The notes beneath the pieces are model-generated. The model was given only the letters and a program-made list of their open reading frames with translations. It was not told the origin of the DNA and did no database searches. From the NCBI GenBank assembly GCA_963580245.1, contig CAUZJO010000004.1:6380-70379 (forward strand): DNA of 64,000 nt, written 5' to 3'. This document shows, in pieces, positions 19,101-28,175 of this stretch. Source of the DNA: Candidatus Sumerlaeia bacterium (GTDB taxonomy: Bacteria; Sumerlaeota; Sumerlaeia; MVZB01). How positions within the stretch are numbered: position 1 is the first letter of the stretch; the number at the start of each line of letters is the position of its first letter. The position numbers and the translations under genes were made by a program.

Positions 19101-20388
19101 CCAACGCGTGCGCGGGCGCATGGAGAGCATCGCCGGGGTCATCAACGCCAACAAGAACAATTTCAGCGGCTATTGGATGAAGGCTTTCGACCGCTGGCAT
19201 CCGGCCGGATGGATCGAATCGATTTCGAGTTGGAAGGCGTTCAAGCAGGACGACCTGATGCAGGGCACGGCCCTTTCGCAGCGCGTCAAGCAGGACCTCC
19301 AACGCCTGGTGGCCCACGTCAAGAACTACAAGGACACGGTCGGATCGGTCGGCAAGCTCGAGTCCATTTACTCGGACTTGCGGCAGTTCGTCACCCCCGG
19401 ATCGGCGTTGGAGAATAACGCCAACCTTTTCTCCGGCACCATCGAAGAGATGGAACTGAATGAGCTCGGGGCGCGGTTGCAACTCGAGGAGCCGGGCCAG
19501 GGCGGCATGACGCGGGCCGAGGCGATCGAGAGCATCGCCGAGCGCAGTTCCTCGCTCAATAGCAAGTTCAGGCCCTACCCCGACAAGGTGCGCGCGCTGC
19601 TGGGCGACCCCACCGAGCAATTCGAGCATGAACTGGGACAATTCCTGGCCAAATGGTCCAAGGCCCTGGCCGGTAAGTTCCCGTTCGCGGTGCCCGCCGA
19701 CCAGGTCGTGGTCGAAGCGGCGTCGATGGATATCCCCCAAGTCGACGCCAAATTGCTGCGTGACTTCTATTACGGCCCCGACAGCCTGGAGGCGTTCCTC
19801 GGCAAGTACGGCCCGATCTATGAGAAATGGTCGGACAAACCGGCGAACGAGGCGGCCAAGGATTTCTTCGACCAATGCCTCAGGCTCAAGGACTATTTCC
19901 TTGACCCCGGCGTCAAAGACTACCGCAAACTGCAACTGGAAGGGACTTACATCGGGTTCGTGGGTAAATCGACCGACGACCTGCGTCAGATCAGCGAAGT
20001 CATCCGACTACTCTTGCCGACCTCTTCCACCGAACGCAAAGTGGCCCGCTGGCGATCTCAGGTCGAAGGCGACAAGACCGCGTTTGAATGGACCCCCGGC
20101 GACTATGGCGAGGAGGGATTCCTGGTCTTCGAGTCCAAGCTCGAACGCGGCGATCGACCCAACAAGGCGGAGTTGCGCGTGGGCGGCGACTTCTCGGTCC
20201 TGGCCTACATCGTGACCCAGGTCAACGGCGTGCCCGAGGTCGAGCGGCGCAAGTGGCCGGTCAATTTCTCGGTCCAGCCCGAAAACAGCAAACAGGATCA
20301 GCGCTACATGATCAGTTTCGTCTTCGTGTTCGAAAACAGCCTGCCGCGCCTGCCCGATTGGGGAGATGTTGCAAAGTGGACGAAATGA
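16186..20388 (+). CDS. tssM: T6SS membrane complex protein TssM (IcmF family)
   Basis: Two N-terminal TM helices, then the Walker A region LYDLPWYLLIGEPQSGKSTTL (IcmF NTPase hallmark), a third TM near aa 430 and a large periplasmic domain. 1400 aa. Confidence 0.85.
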   Translation: MLAQLANQPILYRFMAGGSMAIAVIAVIGRFFGWTIAGLLIGGLLIAAAVMWFFNKGIKLKRKKKASAFDKGLQADAGKAGHGKAEQRKAQGEIYQRWNQAVTELKRGGLNLYDLPWYLLIGEPQSGKSTTLRHSGLEFPVGTEALSGAGGTRNCDWWFTNEAVILDTAGRFTFQEKNAPDADEWKSFLKLLKKNRPACPINGVVVTIPLTSLLGDSPEEREDKARNLREKLTEIQRELEVQFPVFILLTKSDQILGFTEFFSRLGATEQRQLLGWSMHGPFIQAYDPDKFKEVFDSLYQRIHKWRNKIIGEDLSLTEVDKLYVFPEEFKSVRDPLHDYLKSVFVKTHYLPPLFFRGFYFTSGMQTGQPIAKACAQLLRRAGEGADEIVEHLQKIFERSRAFFIRDFYIEKLFPERNLVIHSEKKMKMGRKVGMLAVWGGAALLLLTMLFIVWRGIILSRGVGGIEQAAKVVKREFISDVSAARRDDPEPKETEDAAEAVKTASEFHDKSEKTVEKIGSLAPYLRDMYFLYFLQNSLRDQGQALYTQLAATEPGASADDEAINRLYRDYVRLWSLNPIWEAHALADEGRFKKAGSFKYSSMMQSGVTDKTQETFQDNLERLRDILGDKKESPNFEKYPVAIPIVPGHVNPKRNDVIRKEIEHIKDSFNPVEQDTVNRVVGRASGIRELYASAVVGLFSVPCGYPDPDTDPFTDARNSIGRIRDAIRSLDEVLAANEDLGGAMVVDEAGIKAKFLELTWVKGTLKKSEARDDLRDYILESIQEVNERFRDHAQKAKQPLEAVGDVIGGDPLGLSEGLGMAGDGLDMIEALAEAQNTMVVNVRERKPKNPDEVDQTLKEWRGNDARIAAESWATQAAGRVDLPATWQLPTLGNSVGQMVRQSDEAVHVEAWLAYMRNVQPGVLLSGSQISRASLGGDPPPGATAERVKSANDELADLAAQLSQFREGIECDNNRQRVRGRMESIAGVINANKNNFSGYWMKAFDRWHPAGWIESISSWKAFKQDDLMQGTALSQRVKQDLQRLVAHVKNYKDTVGSVGKLESIYSDLRQFVTPGSALENNANLFSGTIEEMELNELGARLQLEEPGQGGMTRAEAIESIAERSSSLNSKFRPYPDKVRALLGDPTEQFEHELGQFLAKWSKALAGKFPFAVPADQVVVEAASMDIPQVDAKLLRDFYYGPDSLEAFLGKYGPIYEKWSDKPANEAAKDFFDQCLRLKDYFLDPGVKDYRKLQLEGTYIGFVGKSTDDLRQISEVIRLLLPTSSTERKVARWRSQVEGDKTAFEWTPGDYGEEGFLVFESKLERGDRPNKAELRVGGDFSVLAYIVTQVNGVPEVERRKWPVNFSVQPENSKQDQRYMISFVFVFENSLPRLPDWGDVAKWTK

Positions 20389-20503
20389 CGGGGAAGAAGC
20401 TATGGGCATTGATGGGTATTGAAAATTTGAAACGATCAATGAACCCATCAAGGTTGAATCCCCGCGCCGTGCGGCTACATTAACGTCACGAAAGCAAACG
20501 CCG

Positions 20504-21475
20504 ATGGGAATGTTTCAAAGCCTTAAGGACCGGTTCTTTTCGCGGCACGACGGGGCGATCGAGGACTTTGTGCTGGCCGCCTATGGCAAATTGCCGATCT
20601 ATAAGGACTATATTATCTGGGAATGTTACCACGGCGGGGCGGCGGAGTTTAAACAGTGGATGGATGAGACGTTCGGGTTGCAATGGGAAGAGTTCGACGG
20701 CAAGAACGCGCGCTTGGCCGGCCCCTGCCGCGCGATGCTGCTGATGCCCGGGGGGCGCAACGTCGTGGCCGTCTCGATGTGGCCATCGGCCGATGAGGGC
20801 AACATGCGCAAGTTCCCGTTCGCGCTGTTCGCGTGCTTCAATCGCGGCGAGATCGTCGGACTCGGTCTGCGCGGCGCGCTCGAGGCCCTCGATCCGGTCT
20901 GGCGGGCGCTCGAGGCCGAGTATGACCAGGTGCGCCACTGCGCCAATATCGAGGACCTCTATAGTTATTTCCAACGCTCGGCTCCCCAGGCCGAGCCGCC
21001 CGCCGAGGACCCCGCCGAAAAGGAACTGCCCCTGGCCGATTGGTTCGAGGCCATCTATCCCGGCCAGGCGGGCACCCTGCGCAAGTGGCTTGACAGCGAA
21101 CTTCAGATGGCCCTGGACGCGTACCGCGGGTTCCCCGAACAGGGCGAGTCGCTCGCCGCGCGCCTCCCGATCGCGCGCGACCTGAGCTTCTCCCGACAGG
21201 CCGAGTTCTGGGAACAGCTCTTCAAGCAAAACCTCAAGCGCTGCCCCGCCATCCCCAGCGTGGTGATTGACCTAAGCGGCCAAGACGGCCCCGCCGCGAT
21301 GAACCTGGCGTGGCGCGACCTCAAGCGCGAAGACGGTCGCCTGTTCGCCATGAAGTACGAAGACTACGAGCACCTTGAAAACCTCACTCCCGACGCCCCT
21401 CCGCGCGGCTCGGGCGAGGATATCGACCCCGACCTGACGATCGAAAAGTGGATCGCCGGCTTCGCGGAGCCGTAA
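20504..21475 (+). CDS. tagF: T6SS-associated protein TagF-like (DUF2094)
   Basis: N-terminal AAYGKLPIYKDYI resembles the TagF GFFGKLPxxGDF motif. It directly follows tssM, as in tssM-tagF arrangements. Confidence 0.55.
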   Translation: MGMFQSLKDRFFSRHDGAIEDFVLAAYGKLPIYKDYIIWECYHGGAAEFKQWMDETFGLQWEEFDGKNARLAGPCRAMLLMPGGRNVVAVSMWPSADEGNMRKFPFALFACFNRGEIVGLGLRGALEALDPVWRALEAEYDQVRHCANIEDLYSYFQRSAPQAEPPAEDPAEKELPLADWFEAIYPGQAGTLRKWLDSELQMALDAYRGFPEQGESLAARLPIARDLSFSRQAEFWEQLFKQNLKRCPAIPSVVIDLSGQDGPAAMNLAWRDLKREDGRLFAMKYEDYEHLENLTPDAPPRGSGEDIDPDLTIEKWIAGFAEP

Positions 21476-21494
21476 TCTTTCGCGGTCAGGTCGA

Positions 21495-22130
21495 TCACCA
21501 GTCATCTTCGCGAAGGTCGATCATGACGAGACCGGTCGCGAAATCGAGGATTTCATAAGGGTCCAGCCCGATGTCGAACCCTACGATCATCAGCTGCGCG
21601 CCCGCCCCAAACTCCGTCGGTGAATAACCCGGACCCATGCCCGCGCCCGTTGCGACGTCGGCGACGCTGACCTGGACGCCGTTATAACTCTCCAGACCGG
21701 CGGGCAGTCTGGGAATCCGGCGCATGCGCGGACCCGGCAGCCCGGCATAGACGCCGGCATAAGTCCCGATGAAACCGCTGGCGGCCTTCGTCGCGCGGGC
21801 ACCGACGGCGATGCCCGGTCCGAGCCTGGCGCGCAGACGGAATACGTCGACGACATCCAAGATTCGGTTCGGCGCATAGAAAACAAAGCGGTGCAGGACG
21901 CCCGGCCCATTATCCTCCGACCCCGAGTTCGGCGCCGCTTGGGTGGCCGCGCCTTCAGGGTTGCCGGGGGCCTGCCGGCTGACGGTCGCGCATCCGCCGG
22001 CCGCCAAGGCCAACGGCAAGAGCAGGACCAGTCCATTAAGGCAGACACACCGGGCCTTTGACCCGCGATAACCATTGAGTTCTTCACGTTCATGGATGTA
22101 CATATTCGACCTCCGACCATTTTGTTGCAA
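21495..22130 (-). CDS. Lipoprotein of unknown function
   Basis: Signal/lipobox LVLLLPLALAAGGC. Gly/Ala-rich secreted protein, convergent with tagF. Confidence 0.5.
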   Translation of the reverse strand: MQQNGRRSNMYIHEREELNGYRGSKARCVCLNGLVLLLPLALAAGGCATVSRQAPGNPEGAATQAAPNSGSEDNGPGVLHRFVFYAPNRILDVVDVFRLRARLGPGIAVGARATKAASGFIGTYAGVYAGLPGPRMRRIPRLPAGLESYNGVQVSVADVATGAGMGPGYSPTEFGAGAQLMIVGFDIGLDPYEILDFATGLVMIDLREDDW

Positions 22131-22337
22131 CGAAACACAATCATGTCGCCATTTTATTTTCTATCTTTTTTTGCTGTCCGAAAGGTTCGCGAAGGCCAAG
22201 TCAGCGCGGATCACTTCAATGTCCAGCGCCGCAGAGCCGAGATCGACATTTTGAGGTTGTCGAAGGATTAAAGATCGTGGTTTGCTAAACGTGGGTTTCT
22301 CACGTCATGAAGCGAAAATTAAGGTTTCCAGCAATAG

Positions 22338-22646
22338 GTGAAGGATGGACGGATGAATTCGAAACCGCCGCGGCCTAGCGGCTTGCATGAACGACCGAGC
22401 TTCTTCCTTGACACCACGCCCGAGGCATTGCACGCTTATTATGGGGTCATTTGGCGGATGACGCCCGAGGAGAGACTGAGCGTCGGCCTGCGGCTCGGCC
22501 GCCGGATGCGCGCGCTGAGCGAAGCGGCCGTCCGCATGCGCCTTCCCGACTACAATGACAAGCAGGTCCGCCTGGCCGTCATTCGGCTGCGGCTGGGCAG
22601 GGAGCTGTTCGAGAGAGCCTATCCGGGGATCGAGATCAAACCCTAA
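22338..22646 (+). CDS. Small hypothetical protein, translationally coupled to downstream nucleotidyltransferase-like gene
   Basis: 102 aa. The stop and the next ATG overlap (TAATG at 22646). Confidence 0.4.
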   Translation: MKDGRMNSKPPRPSGLHERPSFFLDTTPEALHAYYGVIWRMTPEERLSVGLRLGRRMRALSEAAVRMRLPDYNDKQVRLAVIRLRLGRELFERAYPGIEIKP

Positions 22647-23257
22647 TGGAAGGGGTCGACTTACTTCGTGAGATAACTCGCGCATTGGATGAAGTGGGAT
22701 TACCATACATGGTCACGGGGTCGGTTGGTTGCATGCTCCATGGCGAACCGCGGGCGACTTACGACATCGGCATCGTGATTGACCCAACTCCCGAACAGCG
22801 CTCCGCGATGCTCGAAGCGCTTGACCGTGACTGGATCGTCTTCGCCGACGCCGCTCGCGAGGCCCTGCGGAACCGATCGATGTTCAACGTCATCAATCAA
22901 GCCGGCGCCGAGAAGGTGGACTTCATCATTCGCCGAGATCGTGAATACAGCAAGATGGAATTCTCCCGCCGCGTCAGCGCAACGCTATTGGGCACCGAGA
23001 TTTCAGTCGTCTCGCCCGAGGATTCGATCTTGAGCAAACTCGAATGGGCCAAGAAGGGGGACTCCGAAAGACAGTTTCGCGATGCGGTCGGCGTGGCGGT
23101 AACGCAGACGGGGCGACTCGATTTCGATTACATGCGTCGGTGGGCGGGCACCTTGGGGCTATCGGACGAGCTTTCGCGTTTGCTTCGACGGACGAGCGAG
23201 ATGGGTGAGGACAGAGGGGGCGGAACGCCGCATGACGCGGGTAACCCGAAACTCTGA
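22646..23257 (+). CDS. Nucleotidyltransferase-fold protein (MNT-like), possible toxin-antitoxin/defence pair with upstream gene
   Basis: TGSVGCMLHGEPRATYDIGIVID fits the pol-beta NTase GS...D.D motif. 203 aa. Confidence 0.45.
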   Translation: MEGVDLLREITRALDEVGLPYMVTGSVGCMLHGEPRATYDIGIVIDPTPEQRSAMLEALDRDWIVFADAAREALRNRSMFNVINQAGAEKVDFIIRRDREYSKMEFSRRVSATLLGTEISVVSPEDSILSKLEWAKKGDSERQFRDAVGVAVTQTGRLDFDYMRRWAGTLGLSDELSRLLRRTSEMGEDRGGGTPHDAGNPKL

Positions 23258-23260
23258 GAG

Positions 23261-23470
23261 GTGAGGTCTTTCATGCCTGGAAAATCACCGGTCGATCCAT
23301 TCGCGATAGACAAAACGGCCCTGTCCCTATCTTCACTCGATGAAGAAGGCGATGAAAAAGCCTACTGGCTCGCGCGGACACCCGCGAAGCGACTGGCCGC
23401 CATGGAATTGATGAGGCAAATCCTTTATGGCTACGATCCGGCTACCACCCGACTTCAAAGAGTTCTTTAA
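23261..23470 (+). CDS. Small hypothetical protein; followed by a remnant of an NTase-like gene overlapping the sulfatase start
   Basis: 69 aa ORF ending TRLQRVL. Immediately downstream, another frame reads FKEFFKLLNASEIEYLVKCKDATS then stop. This reads as a truncated partner gene. Confidence 0.35.
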   Translation: MRSFMPGKSPVDPFAIDKTALSLSSLDEEGDEKAYWLARTPAKRLAAMELMRQILYGYDPATTRLQRVL

Positions 23471-23506
23471 ATTGTTGAACGCAAGCGAAATTGAGTACCT
23501 GGTAAA

Positions 23507-25231
23507 ATGCAAAGACGCGACTTCCTAAAACACCTGGGTGGGGGCGCGACGCTGGCGGCGATGCCGGGGATCGTCGACGCCACGAGCCGTCGCGAGAAGC
23601 CCAACATCTTCATGATCTTCTCTGATGACCTGACCAAGCGCGATCTTGGGTTCTACGGCAACGAGATCGTTCGCACGCCGCGGATCGACCGGTTCGCCGC
23701 CGAGGGCATGCGGTTTGATAATATGTTCACGCCCTGCCCGATGTGCGCCCCGAGCCGTTCGTCGTTGTTCACGGGGCTCTATCCGGTCCGCCACGGGGCA
23801 CATCCCAACTGGAGCGAATTGAAACCGGGCATCAAAACGTTGCCCCATTACATGTCGCGGCTCGGTTACCGGGTGATCCTGCTGGGGAAGAAACACATCA
23901 AGCCCGAGGAGAGTTACCCGTTCGAGTTCTATGATGACGACATGTCGGCGTTGGGCCCCGGCGCAGACCTCAAACGGATCCTGGCCGATCCCGGCGATAA
24001 GCCCCTTTGCATCATCATGGTCAAGTTCCACGCCCATTACGGTTGGTTCCATAACAAGCACAACTACGATCCGGAGGCGGTGGACCTGCCGCCGTACCTC
24101 GTTGACACGCCCGAGACGCGCCAACTGCGCGCAAACTACTACTCCTATATCGAGGACGTGGATATCGCCGTCGGCCGGGTCCTCGACCTGCTCGAAGAAC
24201 GCGGCATGAAGGATAACACGCTCACGATCTGGACCGCGGACCACGGGACGCAATGGCCACATGAACGTCAAAATATCTATGACGCGGCGCTCCATTGCCC
24301 GTTTATCGCCCGCTGGCCGGGGCATATCCCGCCGGGTTCGGCGACCGACGCGCTTGTCGATTACGTCGATATTCTGCCGACGTTTATCGAAGCGGCGGGC
24401 GGGGAGGTCGATGCGGTGATCGAGGAGGGAGGCGGCCAGACGTTCGACGGACGGAGTTTCCTCGGTTTGCTGCATGAGGAAAACGGAGAGCATCATGTCG
24501 CCGTCTTCGGCTGCGTGACGTGGGGCGTGATCGAAGCCTATCCGATGCGTTCGGTCCGCACCAAGACGCACAAGTACATCCGCAACATCGATTCACATTT
24601 CCGGTTCCCCACCGTCTGGGCGCTCGACATGCCGCGCCACGAAATGATGAACACGGTATGGAAATCGTGGGAGGCGAAGGCGAAGACCGATCCGTTCGCG
24701 GCCGAGCGCGTGCGCGCCGAACTCTTTCGGCCGCCCGAGGAACTCTACGATATCCGCCGGGATCCGCACGAGTTGCATAACCTGGCCGAAGACCCGGACC
24801 ACGCCGACGTTCTGGATGAGATGCGAGAGCGACTCGAGGTCTGGATGCGACAACAGGGCGACGCCGGTGACTCGGCCTATCACAAAGACGCGGGCAAGCA
24901 GAGTTTCTTGGACGAGGTCTACTGTCGTCGCCGGGTCGTCAACGTCAAGATGATGCCGCTGGGCGCGGCGGGCGGGATGCACGACAAGGTGCGCGTCGAA
25001 CTGACCAGCCCCGTGTGGACGGCCAGGATTCATTATACGCTCGACGGAACCGAACCAACCGAGGTATCCTCACTGTATCGGGGACCCTTCGAGCTGGACC
25101 CGCCCGCAACGATCAAAGCGCGTGGTTTTTGGGACAGCGGGTCGACGCCGGTCCAGGTAACTGAATTCACGGGCGTCGATTTCCGCTTTCTCTATGAGCA
25201 GACGCACCTGAAACCCCTTTTCTGGCCGTGA
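23507..25231 (+). CDS. Sulfatase (formylglycine-dependent, Tat-signal)
   Basis: RRDFLK Tat signal, NIFMIFSDD, and the CxPxR FGly motif CPMCAPSRSSLFTG. 574 aa with a C-terminal extension. Confidence 0.88.
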   Translation: MQRRDFLKHLGGGATLAAMPGIVDATSRREKPNIFMIFSDDLTKRDLGFYGNEIVRTPRIDRFAAEGMRFDNMFTPCPMCAPSRSSLFTGLYPVRHGAHPNWSELKPGIKTLPHYMSRLGYRVILLGKKHIKPEESYPFEFYDDDMSALGPGADLKRILADPGDKPLCIIMVKFHAHYGWFHNKHNYDPEAVDLPPYLVDTPETRQLRANYYSYIEDVDIAVGRVLDLLEERGMKDNTLTIWTADHGTQWPHERQNIYDAALHCPFIARWPGHIPPGSATDALVDYVDILPTFIEAAGGEVDAVIEEGGGQTFDGRSFLGLLHEENGEHHVAVFGCVTWGVIEAYPMRSVRTKTHKYIRNIDSHFRFPTVWALDMPRHEMMNTVWKSWEAKAKTDPFAAERVRAELFRPPEELYDIRRDPHELHNLAEDPDHADVLDEMRERLEVWMRQQGDAGDSAYHKDAGKQSFLDEVYCRRRVVNVKMMPLGAAGGMHDKVRVELTSPVWTARIHYTLDGTEPTEVSSLYRGPFELDPPATIKARGFWDSGSTPVQVTEFTGVDFRFLYEQTHLKPLFWP

Positions 25232-25293
25232 CGCAGGTGGGCCGGATGGTCGCGAGCAAGCGCCGACTCTAAAAAGAATCCATAGCGGGGAGT

Positions 25294-27264
25294 GTGAGAA
25301 TGCAAGACCGCAGGACCTTTCTGAAGACGAGCGCCGCGATAACGACCGCCGCCGCGGGGTGGCTCGCGACCGGCTGCGGCTCACGACTGGGCGTGTCGGC
25401 GCCTGAAGCCCCGGCGTCGGCGCCCGACACGCTGGACCTGGCCGAGCACGGGCGGCTGGCGATCAACGGCATGCTCGGGACGCTCGACCCCGCCGTCGAC
25501 TTCGAGGCCGTGTTCCTCAACATCCTCGACGTCCACCCCGTTTACATGCTGCATTGGAGCACGATGGTCAGCGGCGTGATGCCTAAGTATATCGAGGCCC
25601 TGCCGATGCTGCGCCTGATGTCGGGCAGCGATCAGGACCGGGATATCGAGGGCGGTTTTATCAACGCGATGACGCGCAACGCCGCCGGCGACGGCCTGGT
25701 TTACGACCGCGCCGACACCGGCCGGCCCTGGAACGTCGGCGTTTACTACGGCAAGCCCGATTGGAACGAGGACTACGCCAACATGGCTGGCAACGGACGC
25801 CTGCTGGCCGGGTTTACGTTTTGGCATCAGGTCACCGGCGAGGACGTCTGGAAAGACCGCGCGCGCAAGACCGCCGAGCGGTTGCGTGAGTTGGTTTGCA
25901 CTGAAGGGGATTACGCGTATTACCCCAACCCCGGCCTGGGCAATGACTTCAGCTACCCGCGCGTCTCGGGCTGGACGACCGACAAGCCCCCGGAACGCGC
26001 CAACGAGGGCTTCGAGGGGGCCACGCTCTTTTACCTGTTCCAGCCCGTGCGCGGGTTCACGCGCTATTACCAGATGAGCGGCGATGAGCGGTTCTTGGAG
26101 CTGTCGCGCAAGTTCGTGAACTTCGGCATGCAAGATAAATTCTGGGGCGGCCGACAAGATCCGAACCCCACGGCCGGGGCCGAACGCGGCCATTTCGCCG
26201 GCCACTTCCACGGCACGTTGGCCGCCCTGCGCGGCATCCTCGACTACGCCGTCATCGCCAACGACCATCGCGTCAAGTTGATGGCGCGCGACGCCTACGA
26301 GTGGGCGCGCCAGATGGGGATTCACCGGCTGGGCTTGTTCCCGCACGACGGCGAATGGGTCGAGGGCTGCACGCTGGGCGACATGATCGGCCTGGCGGTG
26401 GCGCTGACCGACGCCGGGTTGGGCGATTACTGGGACGACGTCGAGATGGTCGCCCGCAACGGCCTCATCTGCGCCCAGGCGACCGACCTCGATGAACTCA
26501 ACCGCGTCGCGGAGGAAGGCAAAGACCGCCCCCGCGATGCCGATTGGGGCGGGCATTTCGATACACGGTTCAGGGCAAACAACAAAGGTGTCCTCCCCGG
26601 TCAGGAAATCCACGAACGCGCCATGGAGCGCACGGTCGGGGCGTTCGGCCACGTCTGGGGCGCGCGTTACCAGATTCCGCAGATGATGAGCTGCTGCGTC
26701 GCCAATTGCAGTCAGGGACTCTATTTCGCCTGGGAGGGCATCGTGCGGCGTGACGGCGACGGGGCGGCCGTCAACATGTGGCTCAACCGCCGCTCGCCGT
26801 GGGTCGACGTGTGGAGTTGGCTGCCGTACGAAGGCAAACTTATGATCCAAAACAAGGGGATGCGGCGCATCGCGGTGCGCGCGCCGAGCTGGGCGCGCCG
26901 GCACGAAATCCGCTGCGGTCTGAACGGGACCGAGGTCCAGCCCGAATGGATCGGCAACCGGATGATTTTCAGCGGCCTCAAGGGGAACGAACAACTGGTC
27001 GTCGAAACGCCCATCAAGCTCGATCGCGGCGAATACACGATGGTCAACCTGAACAACCCCGCCGAGTCCAAAGAGCGCTACGCCTGTGAGTTCAAAGGCC
27101 ACACGGCACTCAGTGCCGTCCGCACCCAGGCCGGAACGCACGCCGAGGACTTCAACTGGTACCGCCTCTTCCGCCGCGACCCCATGCGCGCCAACCAAGC
27201 CCCCCTGAGACCCACGCCCGGCTACGTCCATCCGGAAAAGCTGGTGCGCTGGGGTGTTGTGTAA
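25294..27264 (+). CDS. GH127/DUF1680-like glycoside hydrolase (beta-L-arabinofuranosidase family-like), secreted
   Basis: Tat-like signal RRTFLKTSAA. The ExC (VEGCTLGD) and adjacent CC (MMSCCVANC) motifs resemble the GH127 Zn/catalytic Cys cluster. GHFAGHFHG is also present. It is a paralog of the 28176-30086 gene. Confidence 0.55.
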   Translation: MRMQDRRTFLKTSAAITTAAAGWLATGCGSRLGVSAPEAPASAPDTLDLAEHGRLAINGMLGTLDPAVDFEAVFLNILDVHPVYMLHWSTMVSGVMPKYIEALPMLRLMSGSDQDRDIEGGFINAMTRNAAGDGLVYDRADTGRPWNVGVYYGKPDWNEDYANMAGNGRLLAGFTFWHQVTGEDVWKDRARKTAERLRELVCTEGDYAYYPNPGLGNDFSYPRVSGWTTDKPPERANEGFEGATLFYLFQPVRGFTRYYQMSGDERFLELSRKFVNFGMQDKFWGGRQDPNPTAGAERGHFAGHFHGTLAALRGILDYAVIANDHRVKLMARDAYEWARQMGIHRLGLFPHDGEWVEGCTLGDMIGLAVALTDAGLGDYWDDVEMVARNGLICAQATDLDELNRVAEEGKDRPRDADWGGHFDTRFRANNKGVLPGQEIHERAMERTVGAFGHVWGARYQIPQMMSCCVANCSQGLYFAWEGIVRRDGDGAAVNMWLNRRSPWVDVWSWLPYEGKLMIQNKGMRRIAVRAPSWARRHEIRCGLNGTEVQPEWIGNRMIFSGLKGNEQLVVETPIKLDRGEYTMVNLNNPAESKERYACEFKGHTALSAVRTQAGTHAEDFNWYRLFRRDPMRANQAPLRPTPGYVHPEKLVRWGVV

Positions 27265-27292
27265 TCCACACCGATCGCGATAGTAATGGGAG

Positions 27293-28089
27293 ATGAAACA
27301 TATGCATAAATTCAACCGCCGTTCATTCATCAGGCAGGCCACCGCCGCGGGCGGGACGATAGCACTGGGACCGCTGGCGGGGGGCCTGACGGGGGGCACG
27401 GGCTCGAAGGGCGGAGCGAAACCGCCGAACATTCTTTTTCTTTATACGGATCAACAGCACTGGGATACGATCGACGCCTATGGTGAGCCGATATTTCCGG
27501 GCCTGACGCCGAACCTGGACCGGCTGGCAAGTGAGGGGGTTCTCTTCCGGCACGCGTTCACGAATCAGCCCGTGTGCGGACCGGCGAGGGCATGTCTCCA
27601 GACCGGGCGCTACGCCACGGAGACCGGTTGTTACACGAACGATGTCGCTCTGCCGACCGACGAAAAAACCATGGCGCATTACCTTTCGGCAGGAGGATAC
27701 GAGGTTGGCTACATGGGAAAACTGCATCTGGCCTCACAATACACATATGGCGTTTGGCCGGAGAAGGGTTATGGACCGGCGGATGAATACCTGAATACGC
27801 CGGACACGCGGAATCTGCTGGATGCACCGATGCCGCCCGAATTTCGTTGCGGTTACAGGGATTTCTGGCTCGCCACCGATTCGCTTGAGTATTCGACTCG
27901 TCCTTACCATGGCCACATGTACGACGGCGATGGGAACAAGCGCGAGTATCACGACCATTACCGCGTTGATGCGCAGACCGACTGGCTGATCCATCATTGG
28001 CCGAAGTGCGCACGCGGTTGGCAGTGATCCTCAAGCGCAAAATGACCGAGATCGGCGAGCCGGAACCACAAATCCATCCTTCCACTTGA
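27293..28089 (+). pseudogene. Sulfatase pseudogene (internal deletion + frameshift)
   Basis: The N-terminal 244 aa are intact (Tat signal, NILFLYTDQQHWDT, CGPARACLQTGRY FGly motif). The frame then stops. A sulfatase C-terminal-like peptide (LAEVRTRLAVILKRKMTEIGEPEPQ) continues in another frame. About 200-250 aa of the catalytic core are missing. Confidence 0.7.
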
Positions 28090-28175
28090 TGGATATCCTC
28101 ATTATGCACTAAGATCTATCGGGATAAGTCGAAATTCGGTCAAAGTCGCTTGAGAATGAATAAGGAGACAGATGG

